NCBI GenBank assembly: GCA_003427395.1
Contig: BFEA01000020.1
Coordinates: forward strand, 2,576,113-2,640,112
Length of the DNA stretch: 64,000 bases
Reading direction: 5' to 3'
Source: Chara braunii
Taxonomy: Eukaryota; Plantae; Charophyceae
Part shown: positions 1 to 13,614 of the stretch, piece by piece
Position numbering within the stretch: the first letter of the stretch is position 1
How the letters are laid out: each line of letters begins with the position of its first letter
Made by a program: the position numbers and the translations under genes
Notes under the pieces: model-generated
Seen by the model: only the letters and a program-made list of their open reading frames with translations
Databases searched by the model: none
What the model was told of the DNA's origin: nothing

Positions 1-745
1 CCCATCCCCCCCTCACACCTGGCCGGTCTACCTAAAGATATGGCTGGGAGGACAGGCCCCAGTATCTACAGTACTTGTTGAACAAAGGAAGTAGGGACTA
101 GCATGTAGATGTATATCGGGCGCCTGACTCAAGGTGAAGAGGTCCCCCCGGCTTCAGTATCCTGCTCAGTCAATCCCCTGGACCCCAGGGTAATCAATGC
201 TGTCAGGATCCCACAGCTGCGTGTTAAGATGTTTAGTCCAAGCTAAAAAAAAGTAGTCAATGCTGATCCTTTGAGTATTCTAGAAGCAATTGAGCATGAC
301 GGATCTGACTGCAACCAAGCATGGTTTTGGTCTGTCAATCATCGCTGCGAAAACGTTCAACTTCCTGTACTGTTTGCTTACTCACTGCATAAATGATTAA
401 GCGGATTGCTATTATGGTATTGCCATTGTTAACATCGTACACCTATTTGACAAGCTGCTGGTTTTCGAACCTCTGAAGCAGTCTGACCTGCTTACAGCAT
501 AACTGATTAACCGGATAACTATTACCACGGTTAATCTATGTAACAGGCTGCTGGGTTCGAACCTCTGACCTGCTTANTCTGACCTGCTTACAGCATAACT
601 GATTAACCGGATAACTATTACCACGGTTAATCTATGTAACAGGCTGCTGGGTTCGAACCTCTGACCTGCTTACAGAATAACTGATTAACCGGATAACTAT
701 TACGTGATCTTATATCGACCTTTCTAAGTACGCTGTCACCCAACA
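1..745. mobile_element. Probable end of an LTR-type repeat containing an ~82-bp tandem unit (482-703)
   Basis: Non-coding; ends ...TGTCACCCAACA. The unit TCTGACCTGCTTACAGCATAACTGATTAACCGGATAACTATTAC occurs three times, with a single N at 577, so one copy may be an assembly join. Confidence 0.3.
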
Positions 746-1044
746 GCTCCTGGGGGCCAGCACGGACAAACATCAGGGGAAAACAACACAAAACAAAGAG
801 AAAGGAAGTGGAACTCGCAGGAAGAAAGATACAAGGAAAAAAAGAGTGATACGTACGCTAAGAGTAAAAGCGAGCAGCACTTAGGATGTGCTTCGATATT
901 CGGCTTTCAAATTGATACTGTTTTGGACAAATTCGAAAATTATGATGTACTTCGACATTATCAGATTCTATATTCCTGCTTTCAAACTGGATGATATAAT
1001 CTAGCTCGGCATCAGACGGGATCGTCGAATCAAGACTGCTCTCT

Positions 1045-1395
1045 ACAACAAAAACAGCAGCGACAACTACAACCACAACCACAACAACAACAACAATAAC
1101 GACAGTTCTACAACTACAACAACGACAACAACGACAACAACGAATGGGTATTAGACAAGAACAAGAACAAGAACAAGAACAAGAACAAGAACAAGAACCA
1201 GAACCAGAACAAGAGCAAGAACAAGAACAAGAACAACAACACCAACACCAACACCAACACCAACAACGATAACAAATGGGCATCAGACAGGATAGTCGAA
1301 TCAACACTATTCTCAATGGCAACAACAGCAACCAGAGCAAGGACAAGGACAAGAACAAGAACAACAAGAAGAACAAGGACAACAACAACAACAAA
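1045..1395. repeat. Compound (ACA)n/(ACAAGA)n microsatellite, intronic
   Basis: Visible directly; accounts for the low-complexity ORFs at 858-1599. Confidence 0.9.
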
Positions 1396-1774
1396 TGGGT
1401 TGAAATGGGCATCAGACATCTGGGCTATATTCCTCTGGTTAGCTCGGGGTATACAAAGCATGGATCGAGTCTGCGCACTTGCTGTGGCCTGAAGAAACAA
1501 GAATATGACAAGGAAGGAGGGGACGAAGGGGAGAATGCGAACATGCAGTCGTGGATAAAGAGAGGGACGAAATAGGCCGTAATGCAGGTGAGGTTCCAAA
1601 AGGGATAATATTTGAGAAAAAGAAGCAAATCAAATGCATGCAAGATAGGAAGGAGGGGGGATAAACGAACGGAGTCCAGTCAAGTATATGAGAAGGGGGC
1701 GTGATAAACGAAGGGCCCAAGGGGGCGGGGGGAAAAGGGGGGGAGGAGGGGAGGCGTGAAGAGGCGAGACATAC

Positions 1775-2101
1775 CCCGTCGATCACAAGCTGCGTCCAAA
1801 GCAAGTTATGGGAGAAATACTTGTTCGATGTGCATGCCTTGATGAGGCACATGAGGCCGAAAATGAAGGTATATATGAGCGCAAGGAACATCATAATCAC
1901 CAAGAAAATAAACGCCCCGTAGTCCGTGAACTCAGCTTGTGCTCTGACCTTCCCCCTGGCAGAAATCATCACTCCAAAGGCAATCAGGCAGAATAAGAAC
2001 TGCAAGAAGCGCAAAATGAACACCACTCCCACATGCGGACCATCGACCCGACTGGAGGGCCCTCCGTAATCCTTCGCCTCTGTGCGGAAAACACTCGCCA
2101 T
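1775..2101 (-). CDS. First coding exon of a CASP-like (MARVEL-superfamily) membrane protein
   Basis: MASVFRTE...VFILRFLQFLFCLIAFGVMIS...FTDYGAFIFLVIMMFLALIY...LWTQLVIDG fits the CASPL pattern (LR in TM1, F..Y.AF.FLV, D in TM3). It ends at a phase-0 donor GGG|GTATGT (1774). No downstream exon was identified. Confidence 0.75.
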
Positions 2102-2329
2102 CCTGTCCTCCCCCCTCTTTCCTATCTGAGCTCGCCTCTCCGGTTCGTCAATGCACACGCACACACACACCCACGAACACGCACACACACCAAAAAACAA
2201 AACAGAGAAAAAAAAATGTTACCTCGCTACTTCACTACCCAATTGCTTCCTCAGTCGCTCAGCCGTGAGGCCGTTCGGTCAACCAGTGCGCTAGCCAATT
2301 CCCCGAGTTCCTGTTCCTCGGAAGAAGTC

Positions 2330-2332
<3 letters not shown>

Positions 2333-2399
<67 letters not shown>

Positions 2400-2823
2400 C
2401 GCTGTGTGTCTGCGTGTTCCCACTGCCTCCCAAGCAACGAGCGTCTGCACGCGGCCTGCCCCAAGGCGCAAGAACGGAACGAGGGCGAAGAAGGAACAGA
2501 ATGCTCCTCTCCGCACCTGGCCACCTCCTCAGAATGTCTCGTCTGATTTCATGCCTGTTCCTGACCGTCTACGAACCACCTGATTCTGTATCTCGTTTTC
2601 CTCATGTGTTCTTACACATTGAACGCCTTCGTATATGTATGGCCGTGAACATACACGAACCCGGAACTGACGTTGTCAGTACGCGTGGCTGGATATCTGG
2701 TTCCTTATGTTCATACGCCGCTACAGGATTCAGCAGCCTGGCAGCTTGCTAACAGCAACACGACGCGCCGCGCACGCGCACGCTACATTATATGACACGC
2801 GGTCAATCGAGCGGGCGAGCGAG

Positions 2824-2893
<70 letters not shown>

Positions 2894-2915
2894 AGTACAG
2901 AGAGAGAGAGAGAGT
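2333..2915. repeat. (CT)n tract 2333-2396 and (GA)n tract 2827-2915
   Basis: Visible directly. Confidence 0.9.
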
Positions 2916-2951
2916 AAGTAGAGGGTGTGAGGAGCACAGGAAGTTAACGAG

Positions 2952-5400
2952 TGTCACTGAGAAAAGAAATCGAGGTATTGTTAGTGACGAGCAACAGAGT
3001 TATGCACTTCAGAAAGGACTGTATTACTGGGAAACCAGATGGGATCGATCTATCGCGAGTTATACCCGAGTTACACCTGGGGGTTGCAGATATGGCTCGT
3101 CAAGCACAACGCTGTCCTAGCCTCCTAGCTCCTTCCCTCGAACACAACGAACCGTGATAACGAATATATACAAGCTATATTTCGGGACCAGTGCAGCGAA
3201 AATGAGGGTGCGTTGTGTTCGGGGGAAGACGGTAGGCAGGGACAGAATCCAGTACGGCGAATTGCCAGGGGAAAGTAGACGAGAGGAAATGAGACTGGAA
3301 AGGAGAAGAGGGGGTGCGAAACGAGAGGAGAGGGACGGAGAGGACAGGGACTTCTGACGATGCAGTGGACCTCGTTAGTCGCTTCTTGCTTCTTCTTCGG
3401 CATGCAATCGAATCCCAATATCCACAGCTGAGGCCAGTGTATAGCAGAGTGTAGGAGCAGATGAGCCAGCAGCCAGACGATGGCGTCCAACCCTCACAGA
3501 CAACACAGTCAGCGAAACAGTTCGAGACGTGGACCCATCAAACTTCGAAGTGAGGGAAGAAGCTTGCGATACCTTTGCTACTCCAAAGTTCTACTGGAAT
3601 GCTTGCATGGTATCGAACGCTTACCGCAGACCCAGGATAACTCACTGAATGCAGATGAGCGAGCAGGAGGGAAGCTGGAGAGGAAGCTGCCCTCGTCCCC
3701 CGAACATAACGCACCCTGATATGAATGTATACAAGCTATGTTTCCTGTCCGATACGGGGGAAGACTGTAGGCAAAGGTCAGAGAAAAAGGGCAAGCAGGG
3801 CAAGAAGGTCGGAAGGAAGGCAAGCGAACAACGCGCGAGTCACACACGGTGCAAACATCTACTAGACTCTGAACGTGGCCGTTGAGGGGTATAATGGGGC
3901 CCTTTAAGCGAACTTCAGGGTTCGGAGGTCAAGATGAGGCGAAGGGGGTCTCATCAGACCCCACGCGAAGCCAGAACGAGCCGAGGAGGGCAAAGGGGGT
4001 TCTTCAGGGGGGTGATCAATGACGTTATTCATGGGGTAAGCAAGGCAAGTGGAATTCTTTAGGGGAAAACGAGCAAGCGGGAGTTCTTCCGGGGAAAAGA
4101 GCAAGGGGGATTCTTCAGGCGAACGAGCACGTCGGGGGTTATCCAGCATGTACAGCCAGAAAGGAGTCACGTGGGCAGAGATCAGCCAAACAACTACAGC
4201 GCATCGAGGCTTTGTCGAACCTTCGCGAAGCCGAGCGCAGTTCGAGAGAACGTCTCACAGTAGCGAAGCGAAGCGAAACCAAGGCAGCTTAACCCAACCC
4301 AAGTAACTAAGACAAGACAAGAATAAGGTGTAAGGTAGGGTAGTCAGCTAGGAGTCTAAGCGGGCGAACTGCAGCAAAGCGGAGCCAATCCAACTAGAGG
4401 AGGACTGCAGCGAAATGGCTTCCGGGAGGGAAGCAGGCCATTCATTCAATCTCGCAGTCGAGGGGGTCGCACCATGCCAACAGAGACATGTAGCGCCAGC
4501 TTTGGGTAAGTAAACCACATCAAGCGATCGAAGCGTTGCAAAACTATAAGTGAGATACAGGATCTCCTGCACAAAGGTAGGCGAGACGTTCGCACAACCC
4601 AGCCAAGCTAACCACGGACAGGTGCTCGTCTTTGCGCAGTCTGGAACCGGGAATCCCGCCGCAGGGACATTCATCTACACTCAGTCTTTTGCCACCCAGA
4701 TACACAGTCGGAGACAAGGAGGAGGAGGATGGGGAGCAATGACCACTCCGCAGCAGATGAACAGAACCGTCGCTGGCGAGGTAAAAAACAAGAGCAGACG
4801 ACCTCGCGCCACTCGCGGTGGAGGGGTTGACGATCGCGTTGCATGCACGACCTCCCCAAGATACCATCCATAGCAGCTGCACATGCGACGTGGCCTACTT
4901 AGGGAGTGGACCAGTTGGATCAGTGAACGTGATGGGCCAGAGGTTTAACGGATACGTGAGCACGGAGCAGTGCTGATTATGGTCCACGGGCGGGAAGGGC
5001 CAGGGCAGGGCGGACCGGGGCGGGCCGGGGCGGGCCAGGGCGGGGCGAGCAGAGGCGGGGAAGAAGGGGCAGCGGAGCGCTTAGACTGGAGCGAAACGTG
5101 GTCGGGCTGCTTGCACAGCCCCTACGGTTGACGGTGCCGGAAGGCAAGAGACGGGCAAAGACAATTGACTACCTGTAGGATTCTAGGACTCGGTTTAGGT
5201 CAACCTACGACGGACCGAACGTCATTGCCAAACGGGTCCGACGCCAGATCGGCCAACGACCGACATGCCCGTTGGGTCTTCAACTTCCCCGTCGGGTCGT
5301 CTCCACGGGGTCTACGACCCAACCAAGCCGGTCCAGCACCACAAGAGAAGGGTAATAACCATATATGCCACCCCGATACTTCACCACAGGTGGTCAGAGT
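2952..5400 (+). mobile_element. Possible long LTR (TGTCAC...CACCACA) followed by a degenerate tRNA-iMet-type PBS
   Basis: No credible ORF; internal direct/inverted repeats at 3135-3225 and 3695-3745. GGTGGTCAGAGT at ~5389-5400 resembles TGGTATCAGAGC with a 2-nt loss. No TSD found. Confidence 0.3.
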
Positions 5401-5953
5401 TCGCCTGATGATAGGGGAGGGTCCAACTGATATGCCACGCGGAGGCCGTAGTTCCTTTGTTGATGTGGTTCAGGAAGGATAAGGTAGTGAATATGCTGTA
5501 TGTATGTTTTGTCAATTTCGCTATATTGTCTACCACGTGGGCACGGGGAACACAGCCCTAAGGTAGCCAAAGCAATGAGACTAAGAGCGCAAACAAGAGA
5601 GAGAGAGAGACTCTGAAACACCCACGGACGCGTCCGCGGGGTCGAGCTCGGATGGCGGCGGTATATACGGCCACGTCCGCGGCCGACCTTGTCTGCGCCG
5701 AGGACGCGAATTTACCATATTTTTCCTGAATTAAATAATGGGAAAAAAATAAATAAAAAATATGGGGTTGTAGGGATTTTGAATCCCTACAACCCTTTTT
5801 TTTTTTTTTGGAAACAGATAAGTTTTTAGAATTATAAAAAATAAAAAACAGAAAAGGCGAAGAAGAGAAATTGAAAAGTAAATAATAAAAAAAAGTTTTT
5901 TTTTGGGGGGGGGGGATTTTTGGTTGGCAGTCCTTTGTATTCTTCGTTTTTAC

Positions 5954-6027
<74 letters not shown>

Positions 6028-6350
6028 TCCTAAGGAAACAATCAAGGAATGGAAAACAAATATATGTTTTTTTTTCCGGGGCCTTTTAATATTTGTGTGT
6101 GAACGTACGTGTGTGTGTGTGTGTGTGTGTGTAGAGTGCGTATTGCAACCATAGCAACCCATCATGGGAACCTCCACATACCTTTGAATTGGCTGTACTT
6201 TCTCGGCGGTTGGTCAGGAGAGCTCACCTTGTTGCCATAGTGCTGTGTCCTTGGGTTCCTGCGTATACAGATGGTACAAACCAATGGCGAAAGGTGGAAG
6301 GGAGAGAGATGAAGGGGGAGAGCGCGAGAGAGAGAGAAGGAGGGGGAGCA

Positions 6351-6377
6351 CGATGGGCAATGCCATCGAACACTAGT
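6351..6377 (+). mobile_element. Helitron-type 3' terminus
   Basis: Hairpin CGATGG-gcaatg-CCATCG, then 4 nt, then CTAG|T. The matching 5' end was not located. Confidence 0.45.
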
Positions 6378-6404
6378 TGTATTTGCTAGCGGAGGAGGGG
6401 TGGC

Positions 6405-6459
6405 GCATCCCTTAAAGCGCTTTTCGCCGCTTGCACCTATCACGGCTCATCAGAGGGTG
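6405..6459 (-). ncRNA. Minimal type I hammerhead ribozyme
   Basis: Minus strand reads caCCCT-CTGATGA-GCCGT-gataggtgcaa-GCGGC-GAAA-AGCGCT-TTA-AGGGatg. Core boxes intact, stem I CCCT/AGGG, stem II GCCGT/GCGGC, palindromic AAGCGCTT in place of stem III, UUA cleavage triplet. Confidence 0.85.
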
Positions 6460-7918
6460 TGGTTCCTCTGGCTCCCAGTGGTGGTGAGTAGGGCATGAGG
6501 TGAGGAAAAGAGCAGTCGGTGTCCTGCGAAGAACTTACCACGTGCTCGTTAGCGTCGGCTTCGGCGAGAAATTTGTCCATAGCCATCATTCCTGTCCTCG
6601 TACTCAGTTAGAGACGGCCCAACGTGATCACAGTGTTAGGCTTCACTGCCTGCGTTCTGCCGATCAGATCTTAGAGCAGCTGCGTTTGTCCACGTGTGTG
6701 AACTATTAGCAACTGCTAAGGAGGTAGGAGTAAGGAAGGTAGGGAACCTCCTTTCTCAGATAGCTATGGAGGGTGTAGTGGTTCCACCCGTAGTACCGAG
6801 TCTGAGGTTGAGAAGACGAGAGCGGGGGAGGAAGAGAGCAAGGCAAGAAGTATCATATGCAACCAGCAACCAGCAGTGGGGAACTTCGGCCGCAGATGCG
6901 AAGAAACCCATTGACCTCGATTTTTAAGCAAGTGCAAATAGGTGAGTGTGTAGTTGGAGTGCGTGAATGGTGTGTGGGGGCAGATGGGTATGCTCGGTGA
7001 ATGTGTGAGTGTTAGGTTGTTGTGCTGGCGAGGTTTGGGTTGGATCTGGTAGGGGTAGTGAATCAGGTGTGTGGTGGGGGTGTATGTAGTATAGGTTTTT
7101 GCCGACCATTAAGCATTTCGTCGGGAGGCTGGTTAGAGTGTTTTTTTTTTTTTTTGGTTTTCGTGATGTGGGGGGGATGGTTGTGCTTGTAGCGATGAAG
7201 GGCGTGCCTTTCGTGCATTTTTTGCAGGTTTTTGTCTTCTTTGCAAGTTCACAGGTGCTGTTTGTTCGTTTGTGCGATCGTGAGTGGAGTGGCTCGTGTT
7301 ATGTCCGTTTGGGTTGTGCAGGGGTTTTGTTTTTTGTAGTGTCTGCGTTGTGTTGAGTCGTCTCGTTTTCGTATGGATTGTCTGTTTTTGGCTTTTGTCC
7401 TGTAGTGGGAGGAAAGTCGTGCTTTTTATTATTCCTTAATTTTGCGGGTCATATGTGAGGTGTTGCTCTGGCGTTCCTGTCTTTGTTGATGAAGTTAAAG
7501 AATGTTGTTGTCGACATATATGTTTTGTGTTTTTTGTTTTTGTCGTTTTGCTCTGTTCGTGTGGGTTAGGATTTTGATTTTTTGGTTCTGGATTCCGTAG
7601 GTCGTATTGTTCATGCACGGGGGGGGGGGGGGGTCATTGGGGGTGTGAGTTTGGGGATGGTGGGTGAGAAAGGGGTCTTTGTTTATTCTGTTGTATGCTT
7701 TTTCATGGGATTTCGTGCGGAGAGGGGGCGCGGGTTCGATGTTTTGAACATTTCATCATGCGTATCTTTTGCGATATTTGTGTTACATCTGGCCGTTGTG
7801 ATGGAGTGTGGAGGGTTGTGTTAGGGGTGTTGGTTTAGCTTGTTAGGGGTAATTATGTGTGGGTGGTGTTTTTGATTTTTGTTGATTATGATGGTATGTG
7901 TGTGTGTGTGTGTGTGAC

Positions 7919-7972
<54 letters not shown>

Positions 7973-7991
7973 TGCGTGTGTATGTGTGTGT

Positions 7992-8035
<44 letters not shown>

Positions 8036-8160
8036 CCCTTCCTCGTTCCCATGTGATGGGGCCATGAGGGGGAGTAGGTACGGATGTCGGACCTGTCCTC
8101 CACATGGGAAAACATCCTCCATCCGTACCATCTAGCGATGTTTGCGCTAGCCACACACAC

Positions 8161-9790
8161 TCAGTGAATTTGTTGGTTTATTATCGTGAGGGTGTCTTGT
8201 TGTGAGCATGTAAAGGGTTGGTATTTGTGTTGGTTGTTTAATGTATTATGCGTTATTGTGATACATTTTCGTAGGGGAAACCCATTGTTATTCATGATTC
8301 TGAAAAGTTTCTGGATTTGTATTGTCGCATCTGTGATGTCGTTTTCTATTGTCATAATCGTGACGATTTGGGGGATCAGTGTTTTGATTGATTGTATGAT
8401 GGGGCGGTTGGAGTTGAATTTGAGTAGTTGGATGAGTTCAGCAGCTTCCTTTTGTCGTACTTGTGGGTTGAAAAGGTGCCTTGTTGTGTGTCGGTTACTT
8501 TGATTGTGACGTTTAGAAAATTGCATTCAGTACCTATTGGTTCTACATTTGTAGAATATGTGGTTTGGTCATTTAGCGTTACGTATTTAAGTGGATATAA
8601 AAAATACATACTTCTTGGGCTGGTGATGTCCGGGTTGATGAATTATTTGATGTAGGGGTTGTTGATTGTGTGTACCATGTAGGTCATCAAAATTAACACT
8701 CATTGGGATGCCGAGTACCTGCCTCCATGTGCGGTCCCCAAGGGATGTGTATGCGTTGTTGATCAACCATGTGTTCATTTGTATGATATCATGTGGTGAG
8801 AAGAACTGTCTGGTTTGGTCTGGGTTCGCGGTCCAGTAGCATTTAAAGGTAGGTGGGTCCTTGTTCGTTCTGACTTCATAGTGTAGAGTGGCGTTTCTTC
8901 CGTATGTTTTTCTTGTTGTAGTGAATGCTAGCTGGACAAAGAACGAAATGACATTTCGTAGGCTGTCCGGGGACTGGTCAATTGGAATGGTCTCGTAGCA
9001 GCGGGTTATGACTGCGGCAAAGACGTTGTAAATGTGGGTGAGAATGTTGTAAATGTAGTCTGTTGAGGAATCTATGATCCACCAGAAAGGGACATTGGCC
9101 TGTTTTTTTGAACGTTTGCTCAGTTAGTTGGCCACAATGTTCTTCGATCAATTCTTTGAGTTTATTTAATATTGTTGAGCAGGCGTCTGCGAGTGGAGAG
9201 AAGATGACACTGGCCGCATTTGTGAACCAGCGAAATGTGTTTTTATGTTTTTTATACGTGGCGAAGAGGTAGGGTATGATAGGTTTCCCGAGAGGGATTG
9301 TGGGGAACTGTACGGTGAGTTCTTGTGTGAGTGTATGAAAAAGTTCGTTTTTGGTTAAGTGACACGGTGTGAAGTCAGATCCGGATAGTCGTTGTAGGGC
9401 AAGGAATCTTATTAAATTGATACAGCAGACGGTGGGTGTGTTAGGTGCTTTATCTGCCCCGGATATATAGAAGTGGGTGGTTATATATTTTATCTGTTTT
9501 TGAATTGCATGATTGTGCGGGTTTGGTGGATTGTTTTTTGGGTATCTTTGTAGGTAGTTTGTCAGCGTTTTGTGCAGTTCTTGTGCGGCTGCAGTGATTT
9601 GTTCTTGTAGGATTGTATACTTCGTCTGGAGGATATTAGTTATTTTTCTCCAGGCCTGTGTACATTCATAAAAGACGCTTTGTGGATTGAGTTGTGCAAG
9701 GGGGATATGGTTCAGTCCTGCTTCGATTAGTGTCCTGAGTTGGGGGTTCGTGAAAATGTTCATGTTCAGGGTGATCACATGGGGCTCCAT
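8161..9790 (-). pseudogene. Penelope-type reverse transcriptase, frameshifted and internally deleted
   Basis: Motifs GLNHIP, ADKAPN, PYLFATYKKHK..FRW, AVITRCYETIP (motif A, Asp lost), WRQVLGIPM followed almost directly by FDDL, then FLNVTI...YDKR. Confidence 0.85.
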
Positions 9791-10487
9791 GTTGTCCGGG
9801 AGTAGTGCGTGGGGCGTGTTGTTAATGAATTCTCTAAAACGGTGTTGTTGGCAAAAACATTTGTCATTTTATTGTTCGTACTAATTTTCGAGTTCAAAAT
9901 TCTGAAAGACTGTTGTTGGTTTGTTCAGGAGTTGCGAAATATGATTATCATAAGTTCATCCAAAGGTGAAGTTGTCCAGGGCACCATGAGCTTGTGGGAT
10001 AAATTTTGAGATGAGGGTGTCGTAGAGGGTTCTGGGTTTAATTCGTTCGAATAGTTTGTTCCTGTAGTAGAGGTGTACTATGTGTTTGGGGTGTTTTTTG
10101 CTACTTCGCCAGCCGAGTCTTCCATGTGGGAGCCGTTGTAGTCTTCCAAAGGGTTCCTACATTCCAAATTTGCAGAGGTTATTGTTAGAAGAGCGGGGTG
10201 TTGGTTATGAATGCATTAGGTAAGCATGTCGTGTCTTTTTTTGTTTAGTTTGGTGTTTTTTTTTTTTGCGGGGTTTTCGTTGTATTGGGCTGTGTACCGG
10301 TGGGGGATCTGGGTTGCAAGTCCATTAAGCCAAATTCATGGTCTTACATACATTTCTATTTGCCGAAAATTCTATATTAAAGGGTTTGGAACTATAGGTT
10401 GATTGTGTGTACGGAAGGGCAAGGGGGAGCGGGAAGCGTAAGAGATATGTGTGTTTAGAACAAGGGGGATAGAGTATGGTAGCGGCG

Positions 10488-10883
10488 CTATGCGCAGTGA
10501 GAATTTTTGAGTTGGGCATGTCGCTCGGACCCGAAGGATGGTGAGTTGGGCACGGTCCAGCGGATCACGGGCGCTGTGGGGAGGCTTGCAGCTATACTGC
10601 TGCAGCCGTTCGTCAGACGGGTATAGGGACGGGGACTACTTGGATCGACCAGTGACACATACAATCCGAAATCTTTCCCCGGATGGTCGAAGTTGTTCAA
10701 CAACCTAGCTGCTCGACTATAGGACAGCGCATTGTGGCCAGGGGCGGTGGGTAGCTCCGCTACGCAGAAGTGACGCCAGACAGTGGCTGGGAGATGGGCA
10801 CAGATCGGCACAAAGCTGTGAAGAGGGGGAACAAATCTGGACAGGACTTTGCGCTGGGTGCATGCTGAGGAGGAGCGAGACAT
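10488..10883 (-). pseudogene. Degenerate GIY-YIG endonuclease region of the Penelope-like element
   Basis: DFGLYVSLVDPSSPRPYTRLTN has GxY-x10-Yxx(x)T spacing and lies upstream of the RT on the same strand. Confidence 0.5.
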
Positions 10884-11099
10884 GGCGAAAACGAGGAGGA
10901 AGAGGTGGGGAAAGAAAAAAATGTCGACCTCGCCCGTTTCTTGATGAAAACAGGTGAGGGAAGATTCGTTTCTGGGGTTTTCAGGGCCTGCGAATCGATT
11001 GGTGGAGTCGGATTGGTAGTAGGAGGAGTGTAGAATGAAGGAGGAGAGAAAGGTGTTGTGCGGAGCTATGGTGGAGAGGGAAGGAGATGGGAGCAAAAT

Positions 11100-12424
11100 T
11101 GTCATAACTCGGTCATTTGTTGACCGTTTTAGTCGATTTAAGATGCTAAACTAGGGTTTTGGGGTACCACGAATCGAATGGCGCAGTCGGAATTGGCAGC
11201 AAAGTAATAGTTATGGTGTTGTAAGAAATACAGGCTGCGTGAGGGAGAAGCAATTTCAAAACTGCAAATGAATCTATCTATGTTCTAACCGAAAGTTCAT
11301 TCCCTGTTTATACAGTTGATAAGCAGAAGAGTGGCCACGTTGTTGGCGCCTGTGGGCTTTATCCTGATCGTGCCCCTCCTCATATCGGCCCCGACGATCG
11401 TGTTGGCATCGAGATATTAGTTGCTGCTCAGTGATAGTCACGGGAAAGCAGTCTGTTTCTGCGGTGGTCACTCCCCTCTCTCCTCTCGAAGTGGTGGCCA
11501 CCAACGTTCGACCGGTCGTTCTTGATTGGAGGCAACCGCAACCGCCGTCTGTCGTGGGGAAGTTAATGTCCGTTGTAGTTTTGAGTTCACCTGTATTTGG
11601 CCAAGATTGCAGCCAGATATAGCTATTGGCTGGTATAAGTGAAGGATGGGGAGGAGATGCAGTAGAAACTTCTGCGTGTCCTTCTGTCGGATGGTGCTTG
11701 TCTACCGTTGCACTGTTCGTGACCCTTGCGTCGTCGGCCGAATTCTGCTGAGGATGAGCGTTCATTGGCAATGAGCCTTCCCTTGGGTCAGGGGGTATGT
11801 ACATCTAATAGATGTCAGGGGTAGCTTCGTGCTTATCAGGCATGCGTGAACGGAGAGTGAAAGAATGGTGAGGGCGGTTTTGAGTCGGGCGGAGTGAAGG
11901 GGTCGAAGCCCGGTCGTTTCCGGATTAAATCGGGTAGGAGATGGTATTAAATGTAGGTTCTGAAGTAGGGCGAATGAGATAGTGGAGTTAGATTTCGACT
12001 TATGATACAGGTAGGGACAGTAGGAAGGGGAGTGAGGTGACTCCGTGTTCTCGGAGCAGGGGGTGCGTGGCTGCGAACAAAGGGATTATGCATTTACTTG
12101 GGAGGATCGGTGAGGCGAGAGAGACTGAAAGTGGACTTGCGACGGGTTGCGAGGCACAAAGAAAAGCCAAAAGTGAAGTGCAATATTCTCGGTGAACACA
12201 GCGAGTGAACGGGCATAGTGGTGGTCGCATGGTGCCATGATAAGCTTAGTTCAACCCACCACCGAAGTGTCTGAGTGTGCCCGGGGCCAGATAGTTGATC
12301 GTGCCTGTAGTAGAGACGGACGTAAGCGTGAGAAAGATAACGGGGAGTTCAGGAGGTACGGGAGAGAATCGAAGAAGGAAGGAAGGATGGTGTTTACTCG
12401 GTCAAGGCAGTCCTATAATTGACA
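11100..12424. mobile_element. Possible LTR-like repeat bounded by TGTCA...TGACA
   Basis: Starts with the same TGTCATAAC as the element at 12427; no TSD. Confidence 0.3.
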
Positions 12425-13614
12425 ATTGTCATAACAAATAACTCTGGCGAAGTCTGCTTCCCCTTCCTGAAGTGTGTACGAAGCATTTGGCTGGGAGCTG
12501 CAGTATACAGTCGCTGCATTTGTTGGATCACAGTGTGTAATCATTAGTTTCGCAAGGTTGTACTGCGGCGTGGTGACTCACCGTAGTTGGCGCTCGGCTG
12601 CTGCAGTATCTCCTGCTGCCCCATTGTTGTGCGTTCTGATAGTTTCTTCGGTCGTGTTGCTGCTACAGCAGTTGTTGTGCTTACGCTGAAATGCTATGCT
12701 GCTGCTGGTACAATTGTGCGAGTTGCTGTTTGATCTATGTGTTTCATTGTGCGACGTTGTAGGGTCTGTTGCTGCGCACAAACATTGAGAGCGCCTCGTT
12801 CTTGCTAAACTTGTTGACTTACTGCGTTTTCGTTTACAACTTGGATAGAGCATAGGGACCTCGCACCATTTGAACGCAGTTGTACTAAGCTGCGGGGAAG
12901 TAGTTTAGGCTGAGTAGTGACAACTCGGTCGAGGAAACGATGTCGTGATCCGTGAGAGTGGTCAGACTGCGAAAGGGGTTACCGTTGCGGCTTGGAAGAC
13001 CGCCTGGAGGGGCCTATTCCGCTTGTTGATTATACTTTTCGGTCATCTTCGTGGCGTTTGACTGCGGCTCCGCTATCCTTGTTGCGGTTTGACCGCCATT
13101 GCGGGGCCCTCAGGCGCGTGAAGAAAATAAGGCCCTCTCCTGCGAGTTGAGTCAGTTCCTCTCCTGTATCTCGAGAGTTTGAAACCCCTCCTTCTGTCTT
13201 CCTTATTCTGAGTCTAATCTTTGTTCTGAGAGGAAGGCGGCAGGCGGGATTGCAGCCCGTAGGACTGCATCAAGACTTTATGGGGAGTCAGCCCACCGAT
13301 TGCGGGAGCTCTGCCGGAACTCAGGAGGAGTTTTGGAGGCAGAGAACTGAAAGGTAAAGCTTCGTTTTCCTTCTATACACCCAGTTATAAAACCTATCTG
13401 TATTTCTTGTTACAGTTTGACTGAGTATATTGTCTGTATCCCATATATGGCTTTAAGTTTGACCTTCATGACATGATCCAGACTTAAGTAAAGGAATGTA
13501 TCTGTAATATCAATTCTCGTTTCGTTGTTTGACTGAAAGTAGATTGTGGGATTGCATCTGGGGTAGGGATGGAAGGAAGGCAGTATTGCGTGTGTCTGAC
13601 TGGGTCAACCAAAG

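Larger units (their letters stand above)
6400..11099 (-). mobile_element. Decayed Penelope-like retroelement, Naiad/Chlamys-type (endonuclease N-terminal to RT)
   Basis: Degenerate GIY-YIG-like motif at ~10610-10675, PLE-type RT fragments at 8161-9790 and a co-oriented downstream hammerhead. Boundaries are approximate. Confidence 0.75.

Noticed and set aside
858-1599. Cys-rich or hydrophobic ORFs, and similar ones at 2251-2957, 7821-8160, 27126-27664, 42229-44094 and 50558-51178
   Set aside because: Translations of microsatellites, low-complexity tracts and N gaps.
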